Below, one piece after another: positions 36,866 through 46,770 of a DNA stretch of 64,000 nt. The position numbers and the translations under genes were made by a program. The stretch's first letter is position 1. Each line of letters begins with the position of its first letter. Source of the DNA: an uncultured bacterium (GTDB taxonomy: Bacteria > Planctomycetota > UBA1135 > GCA-002686595); NCBI GenBank assembly GCA_943787795.1, contig CALSNU010000002.1, positions 640,001-704,000 on the forward strand. Direction: 5' to 3'. Under the pieces are notes generated by a model. That model saw only the letters and a list, made by a program, of their open reading frames with translations, ran no database searches and had not been told where the DNA came from.

Positions 36866-38488
36866 ATGAATCGCCTCTCTGCCCCCATCACGCTCACCGT
36901 CTTCAGCCTGGCCTTCAGCGCGTCCTGCTCGGAGGCCCCCGGCCCCGCAGAGATGGTGGAGATGCCCGCGCGCGCAGGATTCGAGAACACCGGCCCCTAC
37001 CCCGGCTTCACCCTGTTCGCGCCCCTCGATTCCCGGCGCGTCATCCTCGCCGACATGGCGGGTGAAGAGGTGCACCACTGGGACACGCCCCTCAAGCCGG
37101 GGGACTCTTGCTACCTCACCGAGCGGGGCACGGTCCTCGCTTGCCAACGCTACACCGACGACACGTTCTTTCAGGACGCTGGAGGCCACGGGGGCAAGGT
37201 CCTCGAGCTCGGCCACGACGGGGAGATCCTGTGGACGTTCGATTGGAACGGCGAGCACGGCTCCCAGCACCATGACGTGGAGGAGCTCCCCAATGGGAAC
37301 CTGCTGTTCGTGGCCTGGGATCGGATGACCCGCGAGGACGCCCTCGCCGCTGGCCGCGACCCCGAGCTGCTCGAGGGGGACGAGTGGTGGGCCGGCGCCG
37401 TCTACGAGGTGCGCCCAACTCGCCCGGAGGGCGGCGAGATCGTGTGGTCGTGGCACTCCATGGACCACGTGGTGCAGAGCTACGACGAGGACCTCGCGGG
37501 CTACGTGCGGGACGCCTCCGAGGCGCCCCACAAGATCGATATCAACGGGGACTTTGACCCCGACCCGCCGAGCAAGGAGGAGCAGGAGGAGGACGCCAAG
37601 CAGATGGCCGCCATCGGCTACGCGGGCGGCGGCGACGACGATGGGGGCGATGACGACACCAAGGCGGACGGCAAGGCCGACGACGAGGACAAGGAGGAGG
37701 ACAAGGAGGACCCCGCAGACGCCGCGCGCAAGGCGCGCGTCAAGGGCGCCGACTGGATGCACACAAACGCGGTGGCCTACAGCGCGGAGCTGGACCAGAT
37801 CGCCATCAGCGTCCGCCGCTTCGACGAGATCTGGATCATCGACCACGCCATCTCCCGGGAGGAGGCCAAGGGACCCAAGGGGGACCTGCTCTACCGTTGG
37901 GGGAACCCCTTCGCCTATGGCATGGGTGCCCACGCGGATCGGCCGCTCCTGGGACAGCACAACGTCCAGTGGGTCCCGGAGGGGTACCTGGGGGCCGGGA
38001 ACCTGATCGTCTTCAACAACGGCAACCGCGAGCGCAAGTGGTCCACGATCGTGGAGTGGTGGGCGCCGAGGGACGAATCGGGCCGCTACACGCGGGAAGA
38101 GGGCCAGCCCTTCGGGCCGACCGAGCCCCAGTGGGACTGGGCCGCGAGCGAGCCGGAGAGCTTCTACTCACCGTTCATCTCGGGCGTGCAGCGCCTGCCC
38201 AACGGCAACACCATGGTCTGCAGCGGCGCCCCCGGCCGCGTGTTCGAGGTCGCCCCCGACGGCGAGATCGTGTGGGACTGGCGCAGCCCCTTCACCGCGC
38301 CCGAGGGCACCGAGCAGGATCTCAAGGAGTGGCCCACGGCCATGTTCCGCGCCCTCCGCTATGGCCCGGACCACCCCGGCATCGCGGCGCTCCGCGCCAA
38401 GGGCGTCGCCCTCCCCCTCGACCCCGGAGTGGGCCCGCCCACCAACCAGTACGTCCCGCCCGCCGACGACGAGCCTGAGGAGGACTGA
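36866..38488 (+). CDS. Aryl-sulfate sulfotransferase (ASST)-like beta-propeller lipoprotein
   Basis: 'GFTLFAP', 'QHHDVEELPNGN', 'DWMHTNAV', 'LYRWGNP', 'GQHN', 'ISGVQRLPNGNT'. Confidence 0.88.
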   Translation: MNRLSAPITLTVFSLAFSASCSEAPGPAEMVEMPARAGFENTGPYPGFTLFAPLDSRRVILADMAGEEVHHWDTPLKPGDSCYLTERGTVLACQRYTDDTFFQDAGGHGGKVLELGHDGEILWTFDWNGEHGSQHHDVEELPNGNLLFVAWDRMTREDALAAGRDPELLEGDEWWAGAVYEVRPTRPEGGEIVWSWHSMDHVVQSYDEDLAGYVRDASEAPHKIDINGDFDPDPPSKEEQEEDAKQMAAIGYAGGGDDDGGDDDTKADGKADDEDKEEDKEDPADAARKARVKGADWMHTNAVAYSAELDQIAISVRRFDEIWIIDHAISREEAKGPKGDLLYRWGNPFAYGMGAHADRPLLGQHNVQWVPEGYLGAGNLIVFNNGNRERKWSTIVEWWAPRDESGRYTREEGQPFGPTEPQWDWAASEPESFYSPFISGVQRLPNGNTMVCSGAPGRVFEVAPDGEIVWDWRSPFTAPEGTEQDLKEWPTAMFRALRYGPDHPGIAALRAKGVALPLDPGVGPPTNQYVPPADDEPEED

Positions 38489-38654
38489 ACCGGGAGAGTG
38501 ATCCCGACGGTCCATCGACCCATCCGCCGGTCCCCGCAAGAGGGTGAGCGCCGCCGAGTTCCCTCGCCTGCCCGAGGACCGCGAGGCCCCCGGGCCCCCG
38601 GTGGAGGACGTGGTGGGCGCGGTGCTCGGCGAGGCGCCTTCGGTCGGAACCGGG

Positions 38655-40655
38655 CTAGTCGCCGAGGGTCGTGAGCTCCTCGGCCACGAGCTTGCCGTCT
38701 CCGTTGAAGTCGAGCTTGTCGAAGCTCTCGCGCGAGCTCCGCGGGATCTCCGTCCGCGGGACGACGCCCCCGTTCTTGTTGGCGATGCCCTTGAGGTGGC
38801 GTTGGACGCGAGGCTCCAGCACAACGAACTGTGGGTCGTCCGGGGCGAGCGTCGGGTCTTCGCTGGCGAGCACGTAGTCCACGAAGCCGATGAGCATCTC
38901 GTCGTCCGTGTCGGGGCCCCACCCCACCGCGCGATCCGGCGCAGGGTTGGCGAAGTTCTTCGCCGAGTTATCGAAGAGCGCCCGCACGTCGATGCGCTCC
39001 CCCGCGCGGAGTTCCAGCGGGTCCTTCCGGTCGTAGGCCAGCTGCCAGTTGAAGTCGTAGCGGGGCACGTCGAGCACCGTGCGACGCTCGCCGCGGGCAG
39101 TGACGTGGTCGAACTGGAATGATTTGCCCCGCAGGTGCATGTGCGGCATGAACGAGGTGATGCGCAGGTCGCGCACGGCGATGCCGACGGCGGAGTCCGC
39201 GTGGCCTTCGGCACCGGCAGGGATCCGGAAGCTCCGGTTGCTGATCCCGGCCGTGCGGACGACGTGCGCAGGGCGCCACTCGGGGTCGGTCGACGCGAAG
39301 TGCACGCCGACGGCGGACCGGTCCTTCCGAGCGGTTCCGGTCGGCGTGTAGTGCAGCTCGAACATGAGCACGGTGCCGGCGCGGAGGAGGCGAGCGTGCC
39401 CCTCGGGGCAGCTGGCGGGCTCGGCCCCAGGCGCCCATGCCGCGAAGAAGCCGCGGCGCTCGTCGAGCAGGTCCCACCGCTTGAAGCGACCGTTCTTGAA
39501 CGCCTCCGCGGGGAGCGCGTAGGCGATCACGTGGTGCACGACGTCGATCGATCCGGGGCGGACCTCGATCGCGTCGATCCACGCGTCCTGCTCGAGACCC
39601 GTGGGGACGGCGAAGTACTGATAGTCGACGCGCCCTTCGGCCGGCACTTCGAAGGCCCGCGGCATGCTGTAGATGGCGTCCGGCTCCCCGAGCGCCCACG
39701 CGGCGTCCTTCGGAGGGCTCGCGAGGGGGAGGTGTGCGGGGTCGCCCTCCGGCTTGCCCGCCTCGATCCACCGCGCGAGTTGCTCGCGTTCGCCGGGGAG
39801 GAGCGACCGATCATTCGCCCAGGGGCTCTCCCCGCCGCCCGTGTGCGCGGCGAACCAGGGGGGCATCAATCCCTCGTCGATCACGCTCAGCAGCATGGAG
39901 GCGCGCCGGGAGACCGACTCGTAGCTGTCGAGGGCGAAGGGGGCCACGCCTCCCTCGCGATGGCACTCGACGCAGCTCCGCTGGAGCAGGCGAGAAATGT
40001 CGCGGGCGTAGGTCACGTCGCCGCCCACCTGGGGGGTCGAACCCTCGTGCTCGATGGAGCAGCCGGGAGCCGTGGTCGCAGGGACCTTGACCTCACGGCC
40101 GGCGGCGAGGGCGACGAGGGCGTCGCGCAGGTAGTGCTGGCGCGCCTCGGGCAGCGCGAAGCCGATGCCGTACTGGTCGTTGACCGCGCCGCGGTAGCGC
40201 AGGGTGCCGCGCGCATCGACCACGAAGACCTCGGTGGTCGTGCGCGCGTCGAGGGCGCGCGCCAGGGCGCCATCTGTGTCCTGGACGATCGGAGCCTCAA
40301 GGCCGTGGCGTTCGCCGTGGGCCCCCAGGGCGGCCGTGTCGTCGAGGCCCTGCACGCCCACGTGCACGAACCCGAAGCCGAGCTGCTTGGCCCATGCCTC
40401 GGTCCGCGCGAGTTCCGGGAAGAGCTTCTGGCCCACGGGGCACGTCACGCTGGTCAGCGCGAGCACCGTCCCCTTCTCTCCGGCGACGTCACGCCAGTTG
40501 AAGGGGGCTCCTTCTAATTCGGCGCATGTGACGTCGGGGACCCAGGTGCCGACCCCGAGTTCTCGCTGCTCACGGGGCGTCAGAGGGCTGGCGGCCCGGT
40601 CGAGGTCGGGGAGGGCGGGCGGAAGGAGGAGCGAGGCACAGGCGAGGATGAACAT
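38655..40655 (-). CDS. Redoxin + cytochrome c + copper type II monooxygenase-like + EF-hand fusion protein
   Basis: Redoxin motifs 'TCPV' and 'LRYRGAVNDQY'. Heme motif CVECH. Cu-ligand motifs 'VVHHV', 'LHY', 'PHMHLRG', 'DEM'. EF-hand 'DFNGDGKLVAEE'. Confidence 0.88.
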   Translation of the reverse strand: MFILACASLLLPPALPDLDRAASPLTPREQRELGVGTWVPDVTCAELEGAPFNWRDVAGEKGTVLALTSVTCPVGQKLFPELARTEAWAKQLGFGFVHVGVQGLDDTAALGAHGERHGLEAPIVQDTDGALARALDARTTTEVFVVDARGTLRYRGAVNDQYGIGFALPEARQHYLRDALVALAAGREVKVPATTAPGCSIEHEGSTPQVGGDVTYARDISRLLQRSCVECHREGGVAPFALDSYESVSRRASMLLSVIDEGLMPPWFAAHTGGGESPWANDRSLLPGEREQLARWIEAGKPEGDPAHLPLASPPKDAAWALGEPDAIYSMPRAFEVPAEGRVDYQYFAVPTGLEQDAWIDAIEVRPGSIDVVHHVIAYALPAEAFKNGRFKRWDLLDERRGFFAAWAPGAEPASCPEGHARLLRAGTVLMFELHYTPTGTARKDRSAVGVHFASTDPEWRPAHVVRTAGISNRSFRIPAGAEGHADSAVGIAVRDLRITSFMPHMHLRGKSFQFDHVTARGERRTVLDVPRYDFNWQLAYDRKDPLELRAGERIDVRALFDNSAKNFANPAPDRAVGWGPDTDDEMLIGFVDYVLASEDPTLAPDDPQFVVLEPRVQRHLKGIANKNGGVVPRTEIPRSSRESFDKLDFNGDGKLVAEELTTLGD

Positions 40656-40921
40656 GGCGCGAGTCTGCCAACGATCCAGGCGGAGGTGGGGCCTCCTGGA
40701 CCGTCAGTGCGCTGGGCCGGTCGGGTCGGCCACGGGAGCCTCCACTCTGAAGGGGTCTTGCCCGGAGCGTAGTGGGCCTGAGTCCATCCGAGGCGCGTCC
40801 GATCCGTGTCCAGGGGGACTGCGGCGCGCGCCAGGCCCGTTGCTGTACGACGTGTGACCGTCCTCCACCCGTGGCCTGGACCGATCCAGGGCGACACCTC
40901 GCCCCCCACGGAGTGCGACAC

Positions 40922-41400
40922 GTGCGAATCACAACTGCTGCCATCGCTAGCTCGATCCTGATGGGCTGCCCGGCCCACGGATTCCAAGAGGGGACGACAG
41001 ATCCTGACATCGAGGAGATCCTGGAGTTCTCGGTCTCGGGCCTGGTCGGAACGTCGCTCGACTACAGGTGTCAGCGCGAGTCCTGGAGCGGGGTGATCTC
41101 GGATGAAGCGCCCGCCGGCCCCGACCTTCTCGGGAGTGCCCTCAGGGCGGCGACGGGCGAGGCGCCCACCCTGCTCTGCACTCCCCAATTCGTGAGCGAT
41201 GTCGCGGCAACCACGGCGGTGATCTCGGGCGCGGATCTCAACCGAGACTGGCTCGCGGAGGAAGAGAACCTGCATGTCAAGCGGCATGGCCCGCGCAAGC
41301 TCGTCAAGCGAATGCACCCCGACGCGCCGCCGAGCTACGCCATGTTCGAGAGAGACGTTGTGCTGTACGGAGCTCCGGACGTTGGGGGGGAGCGGGTGGA
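40922..41400 (+). other. Possible gene remnant or N-terminal extension in frame with GH16
   Basis: GTG 40922 begins a signal-peptide-like VRITTAAIASSILMGCPAHG and ~160 coding-like codons. The frame then degrades but has no stop before GH16. The end is approximate. Confidence 0.35.
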
Positions 41401-41638
41401 GGGGAGGAAGGGGGTCAGGCGACGACGCCCAGCCGACGGGTGCCCGCCGTCGGTCACGGCGCCCGAGGGCCGCGCGCCCGGGCGAGGTGGGGCATTTGGA
41501 CGCATCTCGCGGGTTCAGCGCGGGTTGGTGGACCCCTCGATGTCTCAGCTTCGTCCTTCCTTACCCGAGGGTGCGACTCGCTCGCACCTGTCCGACCTCG
41601 TCCCCTCACGCGCTCGCCGTCACGGGTACCCTTTCACC

Positions 41639-43807
41639 ATGAGCTCGCCCCTTCTCCGCCGCCTCGCCCTCGCCTCCATCGCCGCCGCTGTGCCGGGTCT
41701 CGCCTCGGCCCAGTACCAGCTGGTCTGGGAGGACCAGTTCAACGGCAACAACCTCGACCTCACCAAGTGGGAGCCCATGGTCGGCAACGGTTGTCCGGGC
41801 CTTTGCGGCTGGGGCAACAACGAGCTGCAGTACTACCGGGCGGAGAACGCCACCGTCTCCAACGGCACGCTCAAGATCACGGCGCTCCAGCAGAACTTCG
41901 GCGGGGCGCAATACACGTCGGCGCGGCTGCGCACGGCGAACAAGGCGGACTTCACCTACGGCCGCTTCGAGATGCGCGCGAAGATGCCCGCAGGGCAGGG
42001 CCTCTGGCCCGCTTTCTGGATGCTCCCCACCGATTACGTGTTCGGCGGCTGGGCGGCCAGCGGGGAGATCGACGTGATGGAGTACCTCGGGAACGACACC
42101 CGCACGGTCTACGGCACGATCCACTACGGGGGCGAGTACCCCGCGAACACCTACTCCGGCGGCTCCCGGACGGTGCCGTTCGGTAACCTGGTGGACGACT
42201 TCCACGAGTACGCGGTGGAGTGGGACGAGTTCGAGATGCGCTGGTACCTCGACGGCCAGCTCTACTCCACGAAGACCTCCTGGTGGAGCTCCGGCGGCGC
42301 CTACCCCGCGCCCTTCAACCAGCGCTTCCACATGCTGCTCAACCTCGCGGTGGGCGGGAACTGGCCGGGGTCGCCCAACGGATCGACCCAGTTCCCTGCG
42401 ACGATGGAGGTGGACTATGTCCGCGTCTTTCAGGAGGGGGGGACGAACCCCAACGCCTGCGTTCAGGTCTTCGACGACATGGAGCTCGCGGACCCCGCGT
42501 CGGACTACTTCACCTTCGGCGGCCCCTCCTCGGGCGGTCAGGTGAGTACCGAGGTCGGGGACCATCCTCCCGTCGCCGGCAGCCAGTCTCTCGACGCCAA
42601 CTGGGGCAATCTCTTCAACTCGCCGGGGTTCCTCGGCGGCTTCGGAAAGACGCTCCCCCTCGACCTCTCGAACGCCACCCACTTCGAGTTCTGGATCAAG
42701 CCCAAGTCCAGCCAGGACCTCGTGATTGAGATCAACCTGCAGGACGACGACAACGGCGACAACGTCATCCCCTCGGTCCCGGACGGGGCGGACGACGAGT
42801 TCCAGTACGAGCTGCACATCGCCGCAACGGGGACCGAGATCGTCAGCGGCGCGGGCTGGCAGAAGGTCTCCATTCCGATCTCGGAGTTCACCGACGACAA
42901 CAGCTACCACACGGGCGGAAACGGGATCTGGGACCCCACGCCCACCGGCGCGGGGGGCAACGGCCAGATGGTCAACGTGGTCTTCGCCCTGGTGAGCCTC
43001 AACGGCCTCCCCGCCGAGTTCAAGACGGACCAGTGGGAGTTCACCCGCAAGGGGTCGATCGCGGGCCGGGTCTGGGCGGATGAGAACGGAGACGGGATCG
43101 ACAACCTCGAGTATGGCCTCGAGGGCGTGAGCCTCCGCCTCATCGACGACCAGTCGGGCAGCGTTGTCGGTGTGTCCACCACGGACGCCGACGGCCGCTA
43201 TGCCTTCGCAGACCTCGCAGACGGCGACTTCGCCGTCGAGGTGATCCCGTCGGGCCTGCCCTTCGGTGCGACCCCGACCTTCGACCCCGATGGCGTGAAT
43301 ACCCCAGGCGCCTTCGCCGCCACGCTCGGCTGCGGTGAGGAGCTGGCGGACCAGAACTTCGGCTACAAGCCCTACTTCCTGGGCCAGACCTACTGCTCCC
43401 CCGCCAGCCCGAACTCAACCGGCGGCCCCGGGGAGATCTCGGCCAGCGGCTCCGTGATGACGGCGGACAACGACGTGGTCCTCTTCTGCTCGTCCCTGCC
43501 TTCGAACCAGTTCGGTTACTTCCTCACCTCCATGACCCCTGGGTTCCTCCCGAACCCGGCGGGGAGCCAGGGCAACCTCTGCGTGCTCGGCGACATCGGC
43601 CGCTACATCGGCCCCGGCCAGGTGCAGAACAGTGGGCTCCTGGGCCTCGTCTCTCTGGGCATCAACCTGGACCAGATGCCGCGCCCGACCGGCCCCATGG
43701 CCGTGCAGCCGGGGGACACCTGGTACTTCCAGTTCTGGCACCGGGACGGCAGCGCCTCGGGGCCGGTGTCGAACATGACCGACGCCTTGCAGATCCAGTT
43801 CCAGTAG
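41639..43807 (+). CDS. GH16 beta-1,3-glucanase (laminarinase-like) with CBM-like, SdrD-B-like and conserved C-terminal domains
   Basis: Signal peptide MSSPLLRRLALASIAAAVPGLASA. 'WGNNELQYY', 'WPAFWM', catalytic 'GEIDVME'. SdrD-B-like 'GSIAGRVWADENGDG'. C-terminal 'YCSPASPNSTG'. Confidence 0.92.
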   Translation: MSSPLLRRLALASIAAAVPGLASAQYQLVWEDQFNGNNLDLTKWEPMVGNGCPGLCGWGNNELQYYRAENATVSNGTLKITALQQNFGGAQYTSARLRTANKADFTYGRFEMRAKMPAGQGLWPAFWMLPTDYVFGGWAASGEIDVMEYLGNDTRTVYGTIHYGGEYPANTYSGGSRTVPFGNLVDDFHEYAVEWDEFEMRWYLDGQLYSTKTSWWSSGGAYPAPFNQRFHMLLNLAVGGNWPGSPNGSTQFPATMEVDYVRVFQEGGTNPNACVQVFDDMELADPASDYFTFGGPSSGGQVSTEVGDHPPVAGSQSLDANWGNLFNSPGFLGGFGKTLPLDLSNATHFEFWIKPKSSQDLVIEINLQDDDNGDNVIPSVPDGADDEFQYELHIAATGTEIVSGAGWQKVSIPISEFTDDNSYHTGGNGIWDPTPTGAGGNGQMVNVVFALVSLNGLPAEFKTDQWEFTRKGSIAGRVWADENGDGIDNLEYGLEGVSLRLIDDQSGSVVGVSTTDADGRYAFADLADGDFAVEVIPSGLPFGATPTFDPDGVNTPGAFAATLGCGEELADQNFGYKPYFLGQTYCSPASPNSTGGPGEISASGSVMTADNDVVLFCSSLPSNQFGYFLTSMTPGFLPNPAGSQGNLCVLGDIGRYIGPGQVQNSGLLGLVSLGINLDQMPRPTGPMAVQPGDTWYFQFWHRDGSASGPVSNMTDALQIQFQ

Positions 43808-43811
43808 CGGC

Positions 43812-43875
43812 CCAGAGCGGCGGCGTCCTGCTCTGGCTCCCCGAAGGCCCCCTGCGACCCTGGTCGCTGGGGGCC
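43812..43875. terminator. Two GC-rich hairpins after the GH16 stop, between convergent genes
   Basis: CCAGAGC/GCTCTGG (43812-43836) and GGCCCCC-T-GCGAC/GTCGC-T-GGGGGCC (43846-43875). No U-tract. Confidence 0.4.
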
Positions 43876-43918
43876 CTTACCGTTGGCGGTGGAGCGCGGC
43901 GCCCTCTCCGGTGGCTTG

Positions 43919-44025
43919 CAGCACCGTGGAGTCCAGCACCGTGGAGTCCAGCACCGTCGTAACTCCAGCACCGTGGGGCCCAGCACCGTGGGGCCCTGTG
44001 CCGTAGAACCGGGCACCTGGGAAGC
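43919..44025. repeat. Intergenic ~15-bp tandem repeat CAGCACCGTGGRGYC (5 good and 2 degenerate units)
   Basis: Read directly. The array ends at the ZIP gene stop. Confidence 0.9.
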
Positions 44026-44026
44026 C

Positions 44027-44785
44027 TCAGGGGGCCAGGTGACTCAGGGCGAACGAGAAGAGGAAGCCCAGCACGGCGAAGATGCCCGCCCGGTTCCCCG
44101 TGCCCTCGACGGACTCCGGGATCATGGTGTCGACGATCATGGTGAGCATGGCGCCAGCAGCCAGAGCCGTGGTGGCAGCGACGATGGCGGGCGAGACGCC
44201 GTCGAAGGCCAGGTAGCCCACGAGCGAGGAGAGGCCGCAGGCGACTGCGATGGCGGACCAAACGCCGAACACGTAGCCGGCCGAGCGACCCGAGCGCTTC
44301 ATGCCGTCCGAGCTCGAGAGCCCCTCGGGGAGGTTGGAGAGGAAGATCGCCACGACCGTCGCCACGCTCACCGCGCCGCCGTGCAAGATGCTCAGGCCGA
44401 TGGCGATGGACTCGGGGATCCCGTCGAGGAGGGCGCCCACGGCGATGGCCGCGCCGCTGCCGGACTGCTCGTCCTCGCTGGGCTGGCGGTCCCCCGAGCG
44501 CTTGCGCTCCTTCGCCCCGCGCGCCGCCAGGAGCGCGTTGGCCCCCGCGTAGAGGCCGGCGCCCACGAGGAAGCCTACGGCCGCCGCGCCCGTGCCCGCC
44601 TCCTGGAACGCCTCCTCCATGAGCTCGAACGACAGCGCGGAGATGAGCACGCCGCTCCCGAAGGCCATGACCGCGGCCACGACGGCCTTCGGCACCTGCA
44701 CGAGGAAGCCGACTGCGGCGCCCACCACCAGCGCGCCGCCCGACACTGCGCCCCAGAAGAGCGCCTGTACCCAGAGTTGATCCAT
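44027..44785 (-). CDS. ZIP (ZupT/GufA-like) metal transporter
   Basis: 'MAFGSGVLISAL', 'LLDGIPES', 'IFLSNLPEGL', 'DTMIPE'. Confidence 0.9.
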   Translation of the reverse strand: MDQLWVQALFWGAVSGGALVVGAAVGFLVQVPKAVVAAVMAFGSGVLISALSFELMEEAFQEAGTGAAAVGFLVGAGLYAGANALLAARGAKERKRSGDRQPSEDEQSGSGAAIAVGALLDGIPESIAIGLSILHGGAVSVATVVAIFLSNLPEGLSSSDGMKRSGRSAGYVFGVWSAIAVACGLSSLVGYLAFDGVSPAIVAATTALAAGAMLTMIVDTMIPESVEGTGNRAGIFAVLGFLFSFALSHLAP

Positions 44786-44854
44786 GGAGATCCCCGACCT
44801 GCGGGGCGGCTCATCTTGCCGGATCCACGGGCGAACGCGTCGCCCCTCGCCTCA

Positions 44855-46061
44855 TCAGGCGGCGGTTCCCCTGCGGGGGTAGGTCAGCCGACGCCAGAGG
44901 AGCTCGAAGGGGCCGCCCTTTATGCGGGCCATCCACAGGCTGCTGAGGACCACCTGGGCCGTGAAGATGAGCGCCGCGAGCCCGACGAGCTGGGGGCGGG
45001 AGAAGTCACCAAGGCGCCCCGCTCCGTGCCCATAGAAGATGAGGCCAGCGACGATGTTCTGGCCCAGGTAGTTGGTCAGCGCCATGCGTCCGGTGGCTGC
45101 GAGGCCGCGCCGCAGCCGTGCGCCGAGGGAGCTCGCGCACCACACGGCGACGAGTCCGGCGTAGCCCGCGGAGAGGGAGAGGCCCCCGAACTGGTGCAGG
45201 AGCACGTCGAGGACGCGCATCCCGACGGTCGCGTCTTCGCGCCCGTGCAGGAGCAGGGACGCGCCCTCCAGGGTGAGCCCGAGGGCGAGGCCGCCGATCG
45301 CGAGGCGGCGGTGGAGGTGCCTCGCGCTGGGTTCGGCCCAGCCCTTTCGGAGCAGCGCGGCACCCACGAGGAACAGGGCCATGATCCGCCAGTTGAAGGC
45401 GATGATCGACGAGAGGAAGAGCCAGAGAACGTAGACCTGGCCGCGGGCGGCGGAGCCCTCGAGGAAGGTGCCCTCCGCGAGCGCCTGGTCCAGCGCACGC
45501 TCGCCATCGCCGCCGCTGGCGCCGTCGATGTAGACGCCCTCGAAGATGCACCGAGAGCGTGACCCCGACGGCCAGGAAGGCGCCGGAGATCCAGAGCATC
45601 GTGCGGGGCGAGCAGCGGCGGAGCAGGAAGAGCGCCGTTCCCGCCACGGCATAGGGCAGCAGGATGTCGCCGAAGAAGATGCAGACGCCGTTCAGCACGC
45701 CGAAGGCGGCGAGGACCGCGAGGCGGCGGGGGTAGAACGAGCGGGGGTTCACGCCCCGCGCCTCGGCCCTGTCCACCTGCAACGCGAGGCCCATGCCGAA
45801 GAGCAGGGAGAACAGCCCCATGAACTTGTTCTCCGCGAGGGCGCGGATGAGGGCGGCGGTCCAGGCGCCGGATCCATCGCCCGTCTCACCGATGGCGCCA
45901 CCGGCAGCCCAGAGGCTCGGCGCGTCGCCGGCCTCGGAGAGGGGGAGGCCGAGGAACGGCAGGTTCACCAAGAGGATGCCGAAGAGGGCGACCCCACGGA
46001 GCACGTCTAGGAACTCGATGCGGTCGCTGGAAGGGGTCGGGCGGGCAGCTGCGACGGACAA
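44855..46061 (-). CDS. DUF418 (YeiB-like) membrane protein, frameshifted at ~45548
   Basis: N-half 'RIEFLDVLRGVALFGILLVN', 'KFMGLFSLLFG', 'GDIL..YA'. C-half 'GRMALTNYLGQ', 'GPFELLWRRLTY' in another frame. Confidence 0.85.
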
Positions 46062-46178
46062 GGTGGCTCCGGGGGAAGGCGAGGCGCTGGAGGCAGGGTG
46101 CCCCAGCGAGCATAGGAGATGGGCGCCAGGGGCGAGGGGCGGGTCGACGGTCAGGGGGAGCAGGGTTAGGGTTCGTCC

Positions 46179-46553
46179 ATGAAGCTCGGCGCACAGCAGC
46201 CTCGGCTCGCTCCGGTGATCCCTGGCCCACTCCTCGCGCTCATCGTCTACGCGGTGCTGGTCCGCGTGATGTCGATCTACGGCCTGGTGACCCTCTCATT
46301 TCCGAAGATCGAGGGCCCGCCGGTGGACCGCACCCCCGGGACCGCGCTCGTGGTGGTGATGTCGGTCATTCACCTGGGCTTCGCGGTGGTCCTGGTGGGC
46401 CTCTTCCGCAAGAGCCGACGCGCCCCCGCGGGGGTTCGCCGGGCCCACCTTGCGGGCTGCGTGTTCGGCGCCGCGCTCCTCGTGCTCCTCCAGTGGAGCG
46501 CGCTGAGCGGGCTGGGTGTCATGCACTCGGTGCTCGACAACGCGGGGCGCTGA
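46179..46553 (+). CDS. Hypothetical membrane protein
   Basis: 124 aa with three hydrophobic segments. Confidence 0.6.
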   Translation: MKLGAQQPRLAPVIPGPLLALIVYAVLVRVMSIYGLVTLSFPKIEGPPVDRTPGTALVVVMSVIHLGFAVVLVGLFRKSRRAPAGVRRAHLAGCVFGAALLVLLQWSALSGLGVMHSVLDNAGR

Positions 46554-46770
46554 CCCCGCTGCGCGGGGGCAGCGTCGGCCCCCCCCGAGAGGCCCCCCCG
46601 AGAGGCTCCGCCCGCGCGAGTTCGGATTCGAGACGGAGCCGCGGCGGGTAGTTGAGTTCCAGCTAATGGGCAGGGGTTATCCCTGACGATAGCCGCGGGG
46701 ACGGACGAGAGAGGGCCCCTGCAGCGTGGGGGGCCGCCTCGCCCCGCCTCGGATCACCGCCTGAGCCTCC

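Noticed and set aside
43919..44025. Mini-CRISPR
   Set aside because: Units are 15 bp, head-to-tail and have no spacers.
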